64,000 nucleotides of DNA from positions 102,364,001-102,428,000 of the forward strand of contig NC_045697.1 in assembly GCF_009834535.1 (NCBI RefSeq), in the 5' to 3' direction. Shown one piece after another: positions 1 to 11,269 of this stretch. Source of the DNA: Camelus ferus (Eukaryota). Every line of letters starts with the position of its first letter. Within the stretch, counting starts at the first letter, position 1. The notes under the pieces were generated by a model, which was not told the DNA's origin, did no database searches, and saw nothing but the letters and a program-made list of their open reading frames with translations. Position numbers and translations under genes: made by a program.

Positions 1-328
1 GGATATGAGTAAGGGACAGAGCACGGAGCACGGGGAAGGGGAGGGAGACACAACAAGGTCAGAGAGGTTGGCTGAGGCTGGATCGGTTGTAGAAGGTTCG
101 CCATGCTGAATTTGGACTTATTTTTGTAGATGACAGGGAAATTACTGAATCATTCTGTGTGGGTAAATGCTAGAGAGAATTTGACTTAGAAAGGTCTCTC
201 TGGAGGTATTTTGGACAGCAAATGAAGGGATGGAGACAAGTGAGGCCCAGCTTAAAAAAAAATTACAATAAAAATGCAAGAGAAGGCAAGGGCCTAAGGC
301 CAACTCAGTGGTAGGGAAGGAGAGGACT
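1..328 (-). mobile_element. L2 LINE fragment, interrupted by an L1 and resuming at ~930-1130
   Basis: Degenerate purine-rich antisense-L2 motifs (gaatttggacttattttt...gggaaattactgaa...gacttagaaaggtctctctgg; later aggatgactcagcttttggacctggagca). Confidence 0.6.
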
Positions 329-870
329 AATAGCCAAGACATGGGAACAACCTAAATGTCCATCCACAGATGACTGGATAAAGAAGTTGTGGTACATTTA
401 TACAATGGAATACTACTCAGCCATAAAAATAATAACATAATGCCATTTGCAGCAACATGGATGGACCTGGAGAATGTCATTCTAAGCGAAGTAAGCCAGA
501 AAGAGAAAGAAAAATACTATATGATATCACTTATATGTGTAATTTAAAAAAAAAAAAAAAGACAAAGGAACTTACATACAAAACAGAAACAGACTCACAG
601 ACATAGAAAACAAACTTATGGTTACCAAAAGAAGGAAGGGGGTAGGAAGAGATAAATTGGGAATTTGAGATTTGCATATAATAATATATATAAAATAGGT
701 AAACAACAAGTTCATACTGTATAGCACAAAGAACTATATTCAATATCTTGTAGTAACTTATAGTGAAAAAGAATATGAAAACGAATATATGTATGTTTAT
801 GTGTGACTGAAGCATTGTGCTGTACACCAGAAATTGACATATTGTAAACTGATTATATGTCAATAAAAAT
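329..870 (+). mobile_element. 5'-truncated artiodactyl/camelid L1: ORF2 C-terminus plus 3'UTR
   Basis: Contains the L1 ORF2 C-terminal motif QPKCPSTDDWIKKLWYIYTMEYYSAIK, then typical 3'UTR (acagactcacagacatagaaaacaaacttatggttacc...) and an A-rich end. Confidence 0.95.
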
Positions 871-888
871 ACACACACACACACACAC
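871..888. repeat. (AC)n microsatellite at L1 tail
   Basis: acacacacacacacacac. Confidence 0.9.
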
Positions 889-1634
889 TCACGAAAATCA
901 ACCTGAACCTTAAAAGAAAAAAAAATGAAATTTAAGTCTTGTTGGAATGTGACTGGCAACAGAAGAGGAACTGGCCAGGATGACTCAGCTTTTGGACCTG
1001 GAGCATTAACTGGGTGAAGAGTGGTCTCATTAAGCACAGTAAGAAGTAGGCCAATAAGTTTTCAGTGATTTCAGAAATTGATGAGGCTAGCAGACAGTGA
1101 TAATTGACTTGTCACGGAAGTAGAATAGGGAAGAGGCGGTTCTCTGGGACATCCAAGGAGAGTGTTTCACGGGTATCTTGAGTCCCTAGTTCTACTTACT
1201 GGCTGAGCAAGTGTCTTATAGACACATACATTAATGCTGAGGGACCCAGCCTGAATAATGGGCTAATGATCTTCTTTTGCAGATGGCAAAATATTGATAT
1301 TGCGAACTGTAATTCAGTGTACAACCTACCTAAGATACTCAAAGAGTTCTTTTGCATTCTCATTACTCTGGGACCCATGTTCTTAGGCAAGTCTCTGAAC
1401 CTCACTTTTCTGAGAGCATCCTGAACTAGATGGTTCCTAACTTTAACAACAGAATCTGTTCTGCATTGGAAAACAAAAAGGGACCTCATTACTGAATAAG
1501 ACCTAGGAGAGTGACTGGGTGTGCCTGCGTGAATAAACTGAGTACTATATTTCCTCAGAAATACTATAGGGGGCATTGTCAGCTGGAACCTTCCTCTATG
1601 GCAATCACATCCATTTTCCCAGTATTTTAAAAAA

Positions 1635-2060
1635 AATTATTATTTTTTTATTTAAGTAGAGTTGATTTACAATGCTGTGTTAGTTTCAGCAAAGTGATTC
1701 AGTTATATATACATATATATGTATATCTCTGTTCTTTTTCAGTTTCTTTACCATTATAGGTTATTATACGCTTTTGAATGTATTTCCCTGTGCTATACAG
1801 TAGGTCCTTGTTGTTTATCTATTTTGTATATAGTAATATGTATCTGCTAATCCCAAACTCCTAATTTATCCCTCCTCCTCCTTTCCTCTTTAGTAAGTGT
1901 GTTTGTTTTCTATCTCTGTGAGTCTATTTCTGTTTTGTAAATAAGTTCATTTGTATCCTTTTTTTAGATTCCACATATAAGTTATATCCTAGGATATTTG
2001 TCTTTTTCTGTCTGACTTGCTTCACTTAGTACAATCATCTCTAGGTCCATTCATGTTGCA
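1635..2060 (-). mobile_element. L1 3' fragment
   Basis: Antisense L1 3'UTR (gttgatttacaatgctgtgttagtttc...ttagattccacatataag...aggtccattcatgttgc). Confidence 0.92.
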
Positions 2061-3384
2061 TTTAACACTAGGATATCTTTTACTTTTAGGAACTGTTAAC
2101 TCCAGAGTGCCAAATGTCAAATTTATTGATAAGATAGTCTGAAAGCAGAAATCAATAGTCAAGGGTACCTGTTTACTGCTCGTTCCTCCCATAAAATAAA
2201 AATAAAACATCTTTTCCTTTTCTAAATCTAGTTGTGGGCTTCCCAGAGGGCTCAAGAACAACCTACCTTTTTCCCTGTGAAAGGACCAGGCAAAACCCCT
2301 AAGGGAGCTTTGTACATTTGGTGATGTTGTTCTGGACTTTTTAAAGGTTATCTTCACAGAGGCAATGTGGGTTTAAAGGAAAACAGTGTAACTGTGCTTT
2401 TTTTTTTTTTTTTTTAATGTTAACGCTCAGGGGACTGACTTTGGCATTGCTGCCTCTATGACCATCAGGATATCATTTCCCTTCCCCTGTTCAAACGGTT
2501 GTATATTCAAGAAAACCAGGGCCTCATTTAAGGTTTTGCTTCTTCCCCAAGTGGGATTAGCCAGTGTTCTCAATTTAAATCTAAGGCATAAGTGAAATGG
2601 GCTGACTTTGGCTTAACTATAAAGTCACATATTCACAAATATATAAGAAAAATGTTGACTTCACTCTGATAGCCCACAAACTATTCAGTTTCCATCGACA
2701 GCTCTACTTTATTCAAATACGCTGCATGTTTTAAATTCTAATTATGCGTGTTTGTGAATGGGAATTGAAGAATTTGTGGCAACTTAAAACATATGGAAAT
2801 TCTGAATAGCTTTGAATTAGCCTTTTTTGGTGTTATGAGCGAGTCTTATTTGGTGTTATTTTCATGCGAGTGAATTAGGTCTGCTCTCGTCATAAACTCC
2901 GGAACACTGAATTCACTGATGGGTTTGTAAGTAACAGAATTCCGACTTACTTTCATCCTCAACCGATGGTCTATCTACAGGGTGGTTAGGGACCATATTT
3001 CTGTAGGGGTTTGGCCTTCCAAGCATGTTGGCAGTTCTTGGCCTGCACTCAGATTCTGGCTGGTGTGGAGTTTGTTTTCCTTTGAAGGCCACTCCAAGAC
3101 TTGAGTAGAATGATTTGTATCTGGGTCTGTTTTGCTTCTCAGGTGGTATCTTACTCCCTTGCAGAAAGTTTGCCAGGAATAACCTCTGTTGGAAGGAGAG
3201 GAGAAGGGAGGGAGGGAAAGAGGGATAAGGGAGAAACAGAGCATATCAGACGAATTTTGTATTTCAAAGTTTCGAAAAAGAAAGCAGGACTTACTGTGGA
3301 ATTCACTTAAATAAATATTCCACTGCCTAATCATACTCAAGTGTTTTGGTACAGGATGAGAAAGACAGAGCTTGATGGTTATTC

Positions 3385-3620
3385 ATAGATGGCTTCAAGT
3401 GCAATTATCAGCCCACGATGTGATTTGATGCATAAAAGAAGACCATATTAGGCTGCACTGATGGAGACGTCGTGCCTAAATCATAGGGTTCAGTGGTCCC
3501 TCTGGAGGCTACTGCTTTCACGCTGTTTTGAGGGACTGCATTTTCTCCAGCCCCCACTACCTAAAGAGGATTGTGACAAATTAGAATATATCTAAAAACG
3601 ACCTCCAAGAAGCCCTAGCG
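3385..3620 (+). mobile_element. L3/CR1 LINE fragment (ORF2 C-terminal region), resuming at ~4040-4155
   Basis: Degenerate match to CR1 region ILGCI..R...V.PL..AL....LE.C.QF..PH.K.D.DKLE (atattaggctgcactgatggagac...ccccactacctaaagaggattgtgacaaattagaat); 4040-4155 matches downstream CR1 (ggaggtagatctcag). Confidence 0.65.
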
Positions 3621-3719
3621 CAGAAGACATGGCATTTGAGACAGAACAAAATTTGAGTTTCTGGAAGTGTTCTTGACGGATAGCTGAGTCATCATCACTT
3701 GCAGTGCTTTTAAAAATTT

Positions 3720-3890
3720 ATTTTTTATTTTTTTTTAAAGTTAACACCTCTATTGTGGTATGATTCCTATACAGTGTACTACACGTATTTCAGATGTACA
3801 ATTTGATGAATTTTGATGGACGTATACACCAATGAAACCACCACCACAGTCAAGATAGCCACTAACATCTCCATCACTCCCCAGAAGGTT
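3720..3890 (-). mobile_element. Old L1 (L1MB-like) 3' end
   Basis: tgtacaatttgatgaattttga...accaccaccacagtcaagata...aacatctccatcactccccagaaggttc with a T-rich tail at 3720. Confidence 0.8.
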
Positions 3891-3894
3891 CAAG

Positions 3895-4035
3895 AGGTAC
3901 TTCTTAAAATACAGATTTCTTGGCTCTGGCTGTGAATTAGAGAATTAGAATCTTGGAGGCGAGCTGGGGGGTATGGCGGTGAATATACTTCATAAAGTAC
4001 TTTCCAGATAAGGTTTATGAACACAGACCCTTGAG
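3895..4035. mobile_element. MER5-like hAT-Charlie fragment
   Basis: cttaaaatacagatttcttggc...agaattagaatc...ttgagaa resembles MER5A. Confidence 0.5.
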
Positions 4036-4159
4036 AAGCTGAGAGCAATCTTCCAGGGACTGATGGCCTATCACACTGCAGTCAGAGCGGGTAAGGCACA
4101 TGACATTGGTCCAAGGATGGAACTAAAGCTCCACGGAGGTAGATCTCAGTACAACTAGC

Positions 4160-4283
4160 CCCTTGGGATCATGAGCACTTTTGCATCAGAGATAGTTTTA
4201 TTTTCTTCTGTATACCCTCACTTCTTAACGAAGTGCCTTCACTTCATGGATGCTAAGTAAGTACTTGTGGAATGGATGAATGC
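4160..4283 (+). mobile_element. L2 3' end
   Basis: ...ttctgtataccctcac...agtgcc...gatgctaagtaagtacttgtggaatggatgaatg terminal motif. Confidence 0.65.
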
Positions 4284-5116
4284 AGAGCTCTGCAATTAGG
4301 ATGTCTATATGTTTGGGTTTGATAAAGAGGCTCTTAGTTTACACCTGTTAACACAGTGTCCTTTCCAGATGAGCATTTGTCTTGAATTTCTCTCTCTCTC
4401 TTTTTTTTTTAAGCAAAGCATTATTATTATTATTATGAGTTGCACTAGAATCAGACAGGATAGGTGCAGCCTACTTCCACTTTGCCCTTCCAGCCCCTGC
4501 CATGACCTTCTCCGCTGCTCAGGAGGTGAATGTAAGTGGACAGAGTTGTCAGTTTCAACATTTGGTGAAATCTGAATGGTGACCAACAGTGACCCTCTCT
4601 CTTTTCCCTGTCCTTTCCAGTTGGAACATAATTAACACTTTCTTTTATAGTGCAGCATGAACAACGTGTGCTGATTAAACCTTGGGACCCCAAAGCTGAG
4701 GGCAGCTGATTGGATCCAGCCTCCGATAGTGAAGGGGCTACTATCCCCACAGGTGGCTTGGTGGACCAGCCTGCCCTGTCATCACCCGTGTCTGGCTGGC
4801 AAGGTGCACAAAGCTGCCAGGCCACCAGTTCACAAGGCAAGAGGACAGTGTGTTCAATTATTTGCTAGGTGTGCATAAGCCCATACAGGGAACAAAAGCC
4901 GAGCTGTTCTGCCAAACAACATGGAGTACATTAACACTCTTGTGACAGTGCTTTTGTCAGAACTTTGTATGGTGTTAATCTTCAGCTATTTTGTTATTTT
5001 ACTGTTTGGTAATTCTATTTTGTTTTGCAGTGAACTTTTTCAGCAGCAATATGCTGAAAACAAAAAGTATGTTTAAGGAAAATTTAAGTTCTGAATTATT
5101 TTTTGCTGTGTGTGTT

Positions 5117-5293
5117 TTTTTTAAATTATAGTATGGTTGATTTACAGTGTTTCAGGTGCACAGCAAAGTGATTCAGCTTTACAAATATATATAAATATAT
5201 ATGTTCTTTTTCAGATTCCTTTCCATTATAGGTTATTACAAGATATTGATATAGTTCCCTGGCCAATACAGTAGGTCCTTGTTGTTTATTTAT
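5117..5293 (-). mobile_element. Short L1 3' end
   Basis: gttgatttacagtgtttcaggtgcacagcaaagtgattcag...cattataggttattacaagatattg...cagtaggtccttgttg. Confidence 0.9.
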
Positions 5294-5522
5294 AGCCATG
5301 TTTTATTTTGTGAAGTTTCTGCATCACCTCATGACCTGTAGAATGTTCAAGTTCTCGATGGGGCTCTTGCTTGGTTTGATTTGCAAAGATAGTATTCCTA
5401 AGTTCTGAATTTTTATTTCACAAAATTTGTTGATAGTTACTACGTACATAGAGGTCACAGTGACATCACTGATCACAAGAAAACCAAAAGACACAAATCT
5501 GCTGAAAATGCAATAAGGTCTA

Positions 5523-5603
5523 ATTAGGTTGAACTACATGAAATTGCTATTTTGTCACTCAAAAGCAAAGAGTTCCAGCAATACCATTTAATTCAGCCCT
5601 AAT
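5523..5603. mobile_element. MADE2-like mariner MITE (~80 bp palindrome)
   Basis: Terminal inverted repeats attaggttgaactacatgaaattgc ... gcaataccatttaattcagccctaat; length ~80 bp. Confidence 0.75.
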
Positions 5604-6854
5604 GCTTCCTAAGTTACTAGTTATTTTAAGAGGATAGTTTATCATGAACAGCGGCAGAAGGTGCATCTATATATCATTCTTTAAAGGCCAATGTTTTATT
5701 TAGTCAAATAATTGTTTTCGTAAATGAATTTCACTCATTTTCCATTCTAACTTTTTTTTGCATTACCAAAAGTTAATATTGATTTCATTAGCAATAGAAG
5801 AACTTGCAAACATTTAAATGATATCTGTTTTATAACAGTAAATATCAGATGCTTCAAGGGGACAATTAATTAAGTGAATTATAACTTGAAATACCCAATT
5901 CACAAATGGTAAAATACAGTGGTAATGTGAACACAAATTTTGAAGGAGATTATTATAATAAACAATATTCTTTCCAAATTAAGAAAGTTGTGAAGCAAAA
6001 ATACACTTGGAGTTGGTGATGCCATAAAAATAGTTCATAATTGTGTCCAAACCAGCTGGAATATAAAAGAAGGAGAACGTCTACTTGCTAAAATTTATAA
6101 GTAATTTTATATATATGTAAAATAATACCACTGCAAAAGTGTTGTGATGAAGCCTATCTTGAATAAAGGAAACTCACTTAATGTGGTACATGCAGTTTTC
6201 CTCTGCTGTCCATCATCAGTTCAGCACTAGAAGCGTCAAGCAAAGTTACCTAAATATCCTTAATTGCAGGGAATTTTTAGTAAAGACCTCCTCTACATTT
6301 TGGTTTCCGCTTTTTCAATCAACTAAAATTTTTAATCAAAGTATTCAACCAATAAGAGTTTTAGAAAAGCGCATGAAGCTTTAAGGAAATTGCAGTAATT
6401 GACACCAATGCCTGCAAACCAGAAGACACTGACACCGGTCCCTGGAGAAGCAAAGGAACAACTGAGCCAATTAAGCCATGAGACCTCAAATTTTGTCCAA
6501 GATTTCATTTTGAAATATTGCAAAATTGGGGAAGAATCATTTGCTCAAGCTCCTACTTTTATTGCATGTATTTCTATTCTAAAAGAGAAGAGACTAAAAT
6601 TGAGAAGTCCTGCTATTTTATAGCATCTAAATTTGGTGAGACATTTAAGAGAATTTTAAGTAGAACTCAGATATATCAAAGAAAAATGCCCTGAATGGAG
6701 GCAAAAACATAGCACCTGTGAAAATATTTACACATTTCAATATAGAAGGAAAAAACCCTAGAATTGAGAGTTTCCTTTGCTAGAGTTTGCTCTGAGCTTA
6801 CCAGTCAACTCAGCATGTAAGTGAATTGATTTTTCAATTATAAAAATCATGGTA

Positions 6855-6983
6855 AGAATATGAAAACGAATATATATATATATATGTGTATATGCATGAC
6901 TGGGACATTGTGCTGTACACCAGAAACTGACACATTGTAAGTGACTGTACCTTAGTAAAAATAAATACATAAATAAATAAAAA
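6855..6983 (+). mobile_element. Short young camelid L1 3' end with TSD
   Basis: gcatgactgggacattgtgctgtacaccagaaactgacacattg plus (AAAT)n tail; flanks taaaaatcatggta (6841-6854) and taaaaatcacagta (6984-6997). Confidence 0.92.
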
Positions 6984-7739
6984 TAAAAATCACAGTAGAC
7001 AAGAGAAGGGCCAATAGATGATGTCAATAATTTCAAATGTATTCACCCTAAAACAGAACTTTGAAGGAGACTGAAGACAATTTTATTTTTAAAATTTAAA
7101 AAATTAAGACCACATCGAAAATAATATGCCTTTTGGAAAACTGCCAGTGATATATTTTTAGGACCAGATAACATCAAAGAAGCAAGGCAGGAATACATAC
7201 AAAAAAGAATTATTCAGATGATGTGAGTTTTTAAAAGTAATAATGAATAAAATATAATGACACCTTTTGAATAGCACTTTACCTCCATGTCTTGGTTTTG
7301 TTTTTAAGCAAAATATTTTTTCCAAATAGCTTTTGAAGACAACTCTTTTTGAGGTTCCCCAGTTTACTAGGACCAATTTGTCAGTGAATAAACATTTCAA
7401 AAATTATATAATTTTAATTTTAGTGCCTCTTCTTTTACTTTCAAATGTATCACAATTTTGATGATGAATCATGCGATCACCCTACTTTAGTGGTTAAAGA
7501 AAGCAGGATTAGGCTGAAACAGAAAGGAGAAGGCACGCTGTCCCAAGAAACTATGAAACAGGAGACAGTGGGCCTGGTGAGGGGATCGGCACATCTGAAT
7601 CAGGAGAGCAACTGGACTAGATCACCGGGTTTCAACCTTTTGTCTCTTGTCTATACAATCTCTGTTTTATTTTCAAGGAGATTTGTGCAGGGGAGAAAAG
7701 CAAAACTATCTTTTAAAAAAATCTGTATTCATCAAGTAA

Positions 7740-7808
7740 GAAAAAGGAAGGAAAGAAGGAAGAGAGAGAAGGAGGGAAGAAGGACGGAGGGGGAGAAGGA
7801 CAAGGGGA
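7740..7808. repeat. Polypurine (GA-rich) low-complexity tract
   Basis: aaaaaggaaggaaagaaggaagagagagaaggagggaagaaggacggagggggagaagg. Confidence 0.85.
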
Positions 7809-7980
7809 CCTAAACACCAAGATGGCCACGCCCTGCTGGCCACCGTGAAGGATTTCTGTCTTCTTGAACCAGACCTAGTTTTCGTGAGTGAGCCCCTTTA
7901 CAGCTTGTCTGTTTTTATGCAGTGACCCTTATGCCAGGAAATGGGCAGGGGCCCAAGCACAATAACCCATAGAACATAGT

Positions 7981-8340
7981 CGAGACATATGCTGGTGGGT
8001 GAGCAGAAAGGCGGAACAGGAGAGGCGCTGGTGGTCCAGGTCACCGCGGCCACATGGGCTGGGATGGGTGGCCTGTGGACAGGCGGAATCAGCTGGCCTG
8101 AGCGTGTGCCGCAGGCAGCGGCTCCACAGAGTGAAGGAGAGGCTTTCCGGGTGGTTGTCAGGAAAGCTGCAGACCAGACTACCTCTGCATCTCACCGGTA
8201 ACACGAGCACCGCTGGGGAGGCTCGCTGCCGGGCGGAGGGCTCTCGCAGCTCCTCGAAGCTGTCATAGCTCTTGCGGTACTAAAGTTCAGAGCGGAGGAT
8301 GCGGAGCCGGACAGACTCTGCCCAGCGTGGCCCCACCCCT
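7981..8340. promoter_or_regulatory. CpG-enriched patch, candidate orphan CpG island or enhancer
   Basis: About 23 CpG in 360 bp by hand count, in an otherwise CpG-poor window; GC box GGGCGG at 8231. Confidence 0.45.
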
Positions 8341-8500
8341 TACAGCCTAGGTGAGCCTGAGTGATTTCTCGAACACGTCTAAGCCTGCGTCTTCATTTGT
8401 AAACTGGAGATATTTCTTACTTCATTATGCTTGGGGAAGGATTAAGTGAAAGAATGTATGGCCGGTGCTTACTGTCTGATCGTATTGGGTTAGCACAGTA
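8285..8500 (+). mobile_element. MIR SINE
   Basis: MIR core: aagcctgcgtcttcatttgtaaactggagata...gaaggattaagtga. Confidence 0.7.
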
Positions 8501-9249
8501 AATTGCAGCAATTATGATTTGTTATTAACATTATTATCACTGTGATTAGCATGATTATCATCACTGTTATCATTGTGACTAGGTGGCAGTCTGGTTTTCC
8601 CCTCTTCCCTTCAGAACTGCAATATTACAATTATGGCTTCCTTCATTTACTCAACTACTAGATGCAGGGGGCTGAGATTACTGGGATTGAAAGGTGAGTG
8701 AAACACGCAGCAAGCTCTCATGTCTGGGTGGGGAAACTAGACGTTATGCCTCTTTGGGGCGGTCTTCACTCAGACGTGATATAACTGAATCTCTGTTGCC
8801 TCTGCTTTGAGAGATGATTGAATTCAAGGAAGAGCTGTTCCGTGTTCCCTGGGACAGTTCATGATCTGAACGGTGTTAAGGCTCTTCCTTCCAGAGATGA
8901 TGTATGCACACGTGTGTGTGTTTTCTCTCTGCATGTAAATTGGACCTCACTACGGATTAGAAAGATAAGGGAGCATTGCCAAAACTGTTGTAGCTGGCAG
9001 CCTGGTGGCAATGGCAGTGTATGGTTCAGGCGAGTGGGACGGAGCCTGTTCCCACGCAGAGCCGGTGGCTGATCCCTGAGAAGGCACCATGTGAAAACCG
9101 GTACTAAGTGGATTCCTTCGCTGTGAACAGCCGCCCCTCCCCCAGAGTCCGCAGAGCACCGCTGTCTCAGGGCTCAGCTCCCGTGTGATCCTCTATGATG
9201 CCCTGCTGACACACTGGCCCTGCACTAGGATGGGCCACACTTCCCTTTG

Positions 9250-9470
9250 TCCCCATTGTACTCTCAATAAACCTCTGTAATGATACAGAGAACACCTTTT
9301 GTGTGTGTCCCCCACAGATACATGTCTGTATCTTTCTGCTAATCACAATTTCCTTAAGGACAAAAACGATTTCTTATTGATGTTGTATCTCTAGTGCACA
9401 GCACAAAGCCTAGGACATAAATTGGGATCTAATAAAACTTGCTGCACAGATGGGTGAACGAATGAATGAA
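9250..9470 (+). mobile_element. L2 3' end
   Basis: ...tgtatctctagtgcacagcacaaagcctaggacata...aataaaacttgctg...gaatgaatgaa. Confidence 0.7.
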
Positions 9471-9599
9471 CAGAAGTGATGGCTATAGTGGTGCTGATAA
9501 GCAGGATTAATTATTCCACCCTGAAACATTCCCTGCATTAGCAGCCAAGTCTCCAGGAATCAGTTCTCCTTCTAATGCTTTTTCTTTCACAATCTTGAT

Positions 9600-10140
9600 T
9601 CTCTTAGAATCTTAAACTCTCAGAAGAACTCTCCCCTGTCTACTCTTACTTTCCAAATTCTGAACATTCAACTGAGTGCTTCAGAAATGAAATACCATCC
9701 TCCCCTTTTGACAACTGCTGTCACAGATTCTCACTCACCTACAAACCATAGAGATTTGTGATCGCTTTCAATTTCCTAAAAGCCCCAATTTTCTTTCTCC
9801 ATTACTTCCAAACCTGATGACAATTCTCATTTTCTTTTCCTTCCCCCAACCTTCCAAGAGCGGAACCCTTCCACTTGTCTCGACCTCATCTCTTCTCAGC
9901 TGCTGATAACCCTGGCCTCAGGCTCACTCCTCCTCTTACACTCTTCATTAATCTACTTCCACCCCCCTCCCATCCCCCAAAGTTGTTTGCAGCTTTGCTC
10001 AAGCATGTTGGCTTTTACTTTTCACAGAAAGGCCTCACTGAATGCCATCTGCCCTGACCCCCTTTCCCACATTGTGTTTGTTCACTTCCTGTCTCTCATC
10101 AGTCATTGATTCAACACCATCCTTCTGGTTCCGTTATATC
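9600..10140 (+). mobile_element. L2 internal fragment
   Basis: Pyrimidine-rich degenerate L2 ORF2-like sequence (cttgtctcgacctcatctcttctcagctgctgataacc...). Confidence 0.45.
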
Positions 10141-10204
10141 CAAACAACATCCACAACTGGTACTGTAAGCACGGGGGAGTCTCCAATTTGATATGGAAGG
10201 TACT

Positions 10205-10375
10205 GAGCCCCTAGTGCAATGCCAGGCACATAGCAATTCTCTATATCTCAGCTCTCTGCATTTACCCTTTCTCTTTGCCCACAACGACACCATAAGGTCT
10301 TTAATTTCCCAGGCTGAGACTGGGTACCAAGACACAGACTCCGTTTTCCCAGCTTTCACTGCAGATCAGTGCCTG
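10205..10375 (-). mobile_element. MIR SINE
   Basis: tactgagcccctagtgcaatgccaggcac...gctgagactgggtaccaag; explains part of ORF 10193-10678. Confidence 0.5.
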
Positions 10376-10954
10376 TATCAGAACCAGGAACCAGGCTTCT
10401 TATCTCCAGGTACAGGCGCAGTGTTTGTCCCTTTGACTTCTCTGCTTCAAAACCACACTTTCCACCAGGAAATTTCATTTCCCCAAACTCCAAAGAGACT
10501 TCCAGATTTCATAACTGTCCAAAACACAGAGATTATTAACCATACAGTGAGACTGACAAATGTGCCCCAATTTAAAACAAACTCATTGGTGCAAAGACAG
10601 AATGACTTTGAAAAATGTAGAAGTATGAATGATTTACATTGCAAAAGGATATTTACTTTACAAAGGGGAAACCACTGAAAGTACCTCTAAAATGTGAAGT
10701 AGCCTGTTACTTAAAATATCTTACAAAAATTGTATAATTTATATAATTATATACATTGCATAACTACCTTGTGGTTTAAAATAGCATTCAATCTTCAAAG
10801 TTTAATTGACATAAAAACTTTCAAAACCACCGCATGAACTGGGCGGTGTACAGTGACACCTCCGTGAGTGGGCCCTGTAAGTGGGTGCTCAGCTATGGTG
10901 CGTGAACCAACATGAAGAAACCATGACGAGTTTGTGCCTCTCATCACGATGCTA

Positions 10955-11105
10955 CCAGGTACCTCTGCCACTAACTGGCTTGGCAAACTTAGGAAAGCTT
11001 CTTAACCTCTACTGAACTATGGTTGATACATCTAAGAATGATGATAATGCCTAGGATTAAAAATAATGTTTATCCAGTGCCTAATGCAATGCTTGGCACA
11101 TAATG
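10955..11105 (+). mobile_element. MIR SINE
   Basis: ctctgccactaactggc...cttaacctctactgaac...aggattaaaa...gcttggcacataa. Confidence 0.7.
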
Positions 11106-11269
11106 GTGCTGTTTCCCTCTGCTTCCCCTCCCTTAGCCTCTTCGTGAAATTCTCGGATGACACTCCACAGAAGCGATCTTCCTCTAACCCATCATGTTAG
11201 CACCCGTAAACACACCTTAGAGCTTTTCTCCAGGAAATCATGTCTCTGCTCTTTTACTTGTTTGTAATA

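Noticed and set aside
7461..7518. C/D-box snoRNA-like ATGATGA...CTGA
   Set aside because: Too short, with no convincing terminal stem or C'/D' boxes.
7929..8280. Overlapping ORFs on both strands in the GC-rich patch
   Set aside because: No recognisable domain. Open frames are expected from GC richness, and the upstream end runs into a MIR.
10193..10678. 161-aa ORF (+)
   Set aside because: The 5' part overlaps a MIR, there is no homology that I recognise, and there is no clear exon structure.
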